A DNA stretch of 64,000 nucleotides, from assembly GCF_964194155.1 (NCBI RefSeq), contig NC_135879.1:24986001-25050000 (forward strand), in the 5' to 3' direction. Origin of the DNA: Cetorhinus maximus. Lineage: Eukaryota. Below, one piece after another: positions 60,246-64,000 of the stretch. The notes under the pieces were generated by a model. It worked only from the letters and a program-made list of their open reading frames with translations, searched no databases and had not been told where the DNA came from. Position 1 is the stretch's first letter. Each line of letters begins with the position of its first letter. Position numbers and translations under genes: made by a program.

Positions 60246-61389
60246 GTGGGTGGAATTTTCTGAGCCCGCTGATGGCAGGCTTGACAGGTGGCATGCATGG
60301 AAAATATGGTGTGACCTGCTTCAGGACAGTGTGAAGGCAGGTCGTGATTGTCCGCTCAGCCCACTGATGGCGGGTCATGTTTCCTACCATCGGTCAGCGG
60401 GGAACTAATTGTAATACATCAGCACATAGTTAAAAGGCCATCCTGCCAGGCTCTTGGAACCCCGCCGTATTGTCTGTCCACGTCAGTGGGAAAGCACGCC
60501 GATGTGTTTCACAATGTGAAAGCAGGCAACGTGCACTTGGTGGCCTTCACTTTGGAGGAACTGAGGTGAGTGGGCAGCAGCATTCTCCACAGCTCACCCA
60601 TTGTTTACAGGCCTCAGGGGCACAGAGGGGTGCATGGGGGCAACTGATTGCCTGGCCCCAGAGACGACTGCTGAAGGTGGAGGGTGGGGGGTGGCGGTGT
60701 CCGGGGGCAAGTGCTGGCCAGCCTCAGAGGCGACCATTGTCGGTGGGTGGGGCAGGGGGGGATCAGTGCTGCCCTGGTGCTGCAACCCGCACACAGGCAA
60801 TCAAGGTGGGGGGGCAGTTACCGACCAGCCATGGCTCACTGTTGCTCCTGGGCAGCATGTACAGGAAGTGGCCATGCATTAGGGACACCTGTATAAACTG
60901 ACCGTGCCTCTGAAACTGAGACAGATCAGGCGCAGCCACAGTGATATGTTTGGGGTCGGGTTCCTAGCCTGTCCACCCATGCAAGCATCGTGGAGGCACC
61001 AAAGGGCCACCAAGCGGTCCATACCTTACCCATCCCAAGGATCCCCCCAGCACAGACTTCGAATCCACCACCACTTCATTGGAGCGCAGAGCAGTTGGAC
61101 TGCACATGTTGTACAATCTCCTCGCCAACGCTGGCCATGTAGCAGTCACTGCTGGAGGCGCTCACAGCCCGTTGCAATCTCAGCCTCCTGGTTTGGAACA
61201 GTGTCCCCCATGTCGCAGGTAGACAGGGCAGAGCCATGCTGTGCACTCATCTCTGGCCATTTGAGGGGTGACCATCACTCTCCGGGAATTGTTAAGGGCC
61301 GGTTACACAGGGCCAGGAAAGGTGCTAAGTACAGCCATGATAACCATGTCTCCCTCTCTTTCATGCTGCAGGAGGACCACGTCAGGACT

Positions 61390-62626
61390 ATGGATCCTGG
61401 TGACCTAGCTGTATGCCTGATGGTCTACAGAGACCTTAGAAGACGGAGTAGAGAGAGACTGAGGCTACTGGCCGTGCAAAGGCAGGAGCAGCAACCTTAT
61501 GAAAGAGGGGCAGCATGGACTCCTGTACATGCTGCCCAGGAGCGACAGTGAGCCACAGTGAGCCATGGCTGGTCAGTGCATGGCAACACCCAGGGTCTAT
61601 AGACACCACCTGCCATTCCTGCAGATGACTGAGAACCAATGTCGCTGACAACTGCGCATGTCTAGGGACCTGGTGGCTCACATCTGCCGCTTACTACAGG
61701 ACTTGGCGTCAAGGGGACATGGAGTGCATCCACTGCCAGTGGTTGTGAAGTGACTGCGGTGCTCAATTTCTATGCCAGTGGCTCCTATCAGGACTCCACG
61801 GGTGACCTCCACAATCTGCCACCCACAATTGCATCAATGAGGTCATGGATGCCATCTTCTCCATGGCACACGACTTTGTGCATTTCACCCAGGACCGGGA
61901 CAGCCAGGATGCAAGGGCCATTGGATTCGCCCTGATTTCAGGATTCCCACAGGTGCAGGGTGCAGTTGACTGCACTCATGTGGTGCTCAGGTCTCCATTG
62001 CTACACTCAGTGGACTTCATCAACCACAAGGGATTCCACTCACTGAGCATGCAGCTGGTATGCGACCACCAGAACCGTATCCTGCAGGTATGTGCACAGT
62101 TTCCAGGGACTGTGCATGATGCCTACATCCTGAATTGCTCGCAGATCCCTGCAGTCTTCCAGGGTCACTGAGGCTGCAGTGTTGGTTTATTGTGGACAAG
62201 GGCTACCCACAGAGGCCGTGGCTGATGACACCTGTGTGGTGGCCTCAGACTGCAGCAGAGTGAGACTATAATGAGGCTCATGCTGCAGCTCGCAACTTGG
62301 TGGAGCAGACCATTGGGCTACTGAAGATCCGATTCCGGTGCCTGGACCGGTCTGGTGAGCCCTGTGATACAGTCTGCAGAGGGTGTTACACATCATCAAT
62401 GTTGGCTGCGCCCTTTACAACCTGGCACTGCAACGGGGAGAGGAGCTGATTGAGGAGGAGCTGGAGGAGTTGCACATCTCCTCCAATGAAGAGCACGCCG
62501 ATGGGAATGAGGGTGATGGGGTCCTCGATGGTGACAATGATGGGGATGATGCTCTCACACTGGCTAGATGAGGCAGGGGCACTCAGGAGGCCCTCATAGC
62601 TGCCAATTTGTGGAGGATGATGATAA
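61390..62626 (+). pseudogene. Harbinger DDE transposase (HARBI1-like), disrupted
   Basis: VLNFYASGSYQ, GFPQVQGAVDCTHV, NHKGFHSLSMQLVCD, FPGTVHDAYIL, DKGYP..PWLMTP, YNEAHAAARNLVEQTIGLLKIRFRCLD and CALYNLA; several stops and frameshifts. Confidence 0.92.
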
Positions 62627-63287
62627 CATGCAGTGCGGTGTCCCCATAAACCCTCACATCACGGTTGTAAATGTTTGACTCCAGCCTGGCTTAATGCAGT
62701 GCCAATACCCTCTGAGAGAATGATCCTGTCAAGGAAATGTAGTGGTGGCCCTGATAGGGAAGATTATGATGACATGCATTGAGGACACTCCATAAATCTT
62801 CACAAAGCCTCTGAGAATGTCTAACTCCTGTCTGGCCGAGGGCAGCTCGCTTGCGCTCTATGATCAGTGCCATCTCAGAGACGCAGCCATGAAACTTTAG
62901 ATGCATCTGAAGCTGTGTCCGCCTTCAGCACCTCAGACCTTAAGGGGCTGATGCACAGCATCACTGGTCACAGATGCAGAAGAGATGGTGGCCAACACCA
63001 CCTTAAAGGTGCTGAGAGCACACAGAGAGAATGAGAGAACTCTGTGGCGCATGCCCACTACATTCTGGCAGCAATGACCAGCACCGCCAAGGTGCAGGAA
63101 TCAGTAATGTTGACAGGGAGTGTGAGGCTGGACCATCACTGTGGTCTGAAGGCTGCACAGAGCACAGGGAAGAGGCCCTGGACTGAGACACCTGCCTTTT
63201 ATATTGTACAGAAAGGTTTCACACCTGAGTGAGAAGAACACTACTCATCAGAACAAGGAGCCATAGGCAGGGAGACATTCTGAGGAG

Positions 63288-64000
63288 TTTATTAACAATA
63301 TTGAACAGTATGTACAAGTGATCAACACCCATGCCCAGGCTGTGCAACTACTATTACCTAACCTTCCTAACCCTGCCGCTAAGTCTTGGTGCTCTCTAGA
63401 CATCCACAGCAGAGGTGGAGGCAGCCTGCTGACTGCAACACCCTGTCTGCGATGACTTTAGCAGGCATCCTCTGGAGAGCTGAAACTTGGTGGGCCCCAG
63501 CCTGCTTTCGAGGTCCTGCTGTGTGGCAGTGGCACCCTCCTTGGTCTGTGAAATGGGAGCCATGGAGGTCACAGGAAGAGGGGATTCAGATGGGCCGGTC
63601 ACTCCCAGAGTCACCTGGGTGGATGGCCCTGGAGTGTGCACCTGCTGATCTTCCTCCTTGTGGGTGTCCAAGGCTGACTCAGCTAGGCCCCTGGCTGACT
63701 GCGAGTGGGAGGGGTAGCTGGAGTGAGATCGAGCTGCCCAGCACCTCTCTCACATTCACACTGTTGGAGGCCAACTATGGCATCAGTGATGGAGTTAAGC
63801 CCACACAGCAGTGCAGGAGTGACATCCTGGACCAAGGTCTCCACGGTGGCTGCTATCCTGCCAGTGTTGACTTCAGTGTACTGCAATGCCGGTGCTATCA
63901 CCTCAGCCTGAAAACGGATGGACAGACTCATCCATCATGCCTTGCAATCTGAGGAGTGCAGCAGATATCCCTTCCTGATGTTACCTAGCTTGCCTTTGCA
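63288..64000 (-). pseudogene. 3' part of the Harbinger second gene (putative Myb/SANT partner C-terminus)
   Basis: Consecutive minus ORFs 63683..63931 and 63396..63671 (helical, then P/S/T-rich), with AATAAA at 63293-63288, convergent with the transposase. The Myb domain itself is not in the window. Confidence 0.5.

Larger units (their letters stand above)
60248..64000 (+). mobile_element. PIF/Harbinger DNA transposon, two-gene type, degenerate; right end beyond the window
   Basis: Left terminus GGGTGGAATTTT; transposase on + and a convergent second gene on -. Confidence 0.88.

Noticed and set aside
60904-61389. Upstream part of the 215-aa ORF as a transposase N-terminal extension
   Set aside because: GTG start and no homology. 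An acceptor-like ctctttcatgctgcag just before the ATG at 61390 suggests this part is intron or leader.
61390-62626. Domesticated HARBI1 gene
   Set aside because: Multiple stops and frameshifts, plus a TIR-bounded context, indicate a dead transposon copy.

Overview
Eukaryotic, repeat-rich vertebrate DNA, most likely from a cartilaginous fish (shark), judged from the repeat families. The one host gene is protocadherin-10 (PCDH10, delta-2 protocadherin) on the minus strand. It has a CpG-island/CCAAT promoter near 45.8-46.0 kb, a 2,478-nt first coding exon (45132-42655: signal peptide, six cadherin repeats, transmembrane segment), and exons 2-4 (41743-41685, 41584-41478, 18470-18171) carrying the CM1, CM2 and WIRS motifs. 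All junctions are GT-AG with matching phases. I did not find the short last exon; it probably lies left of the window. The rest is layered mobile DNA: a Gypsy LTR element, two decayed PIF/Harbinger transposons, at least eight Harbinger-type MITE copies, CR1 and L2 fragments, Penelope-like elements with hammerhead remnants, DeuSINE-like and LF-SINE-like SINEs, and two minisatellites. Most notable: (1) the Gypsy element has lost RT and most of RNase H and instead carries a ~600-nt host-like coiled-coil segment resembling UACA/ANKRD24/RAI14; (2) a single-ORF LINE has a tRNA-like Pol III head, and its internally deleted SINE-like derivative is in the same window; (3) a candidate extra PCDH10 exon in intron 3 would remove CM2/WIRS; (4) the MITEs share a conserved array of internal hairpins, and two elements carry short inverted copies of nearby DNA. 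Family assignments come from motif recognition, not database searches.
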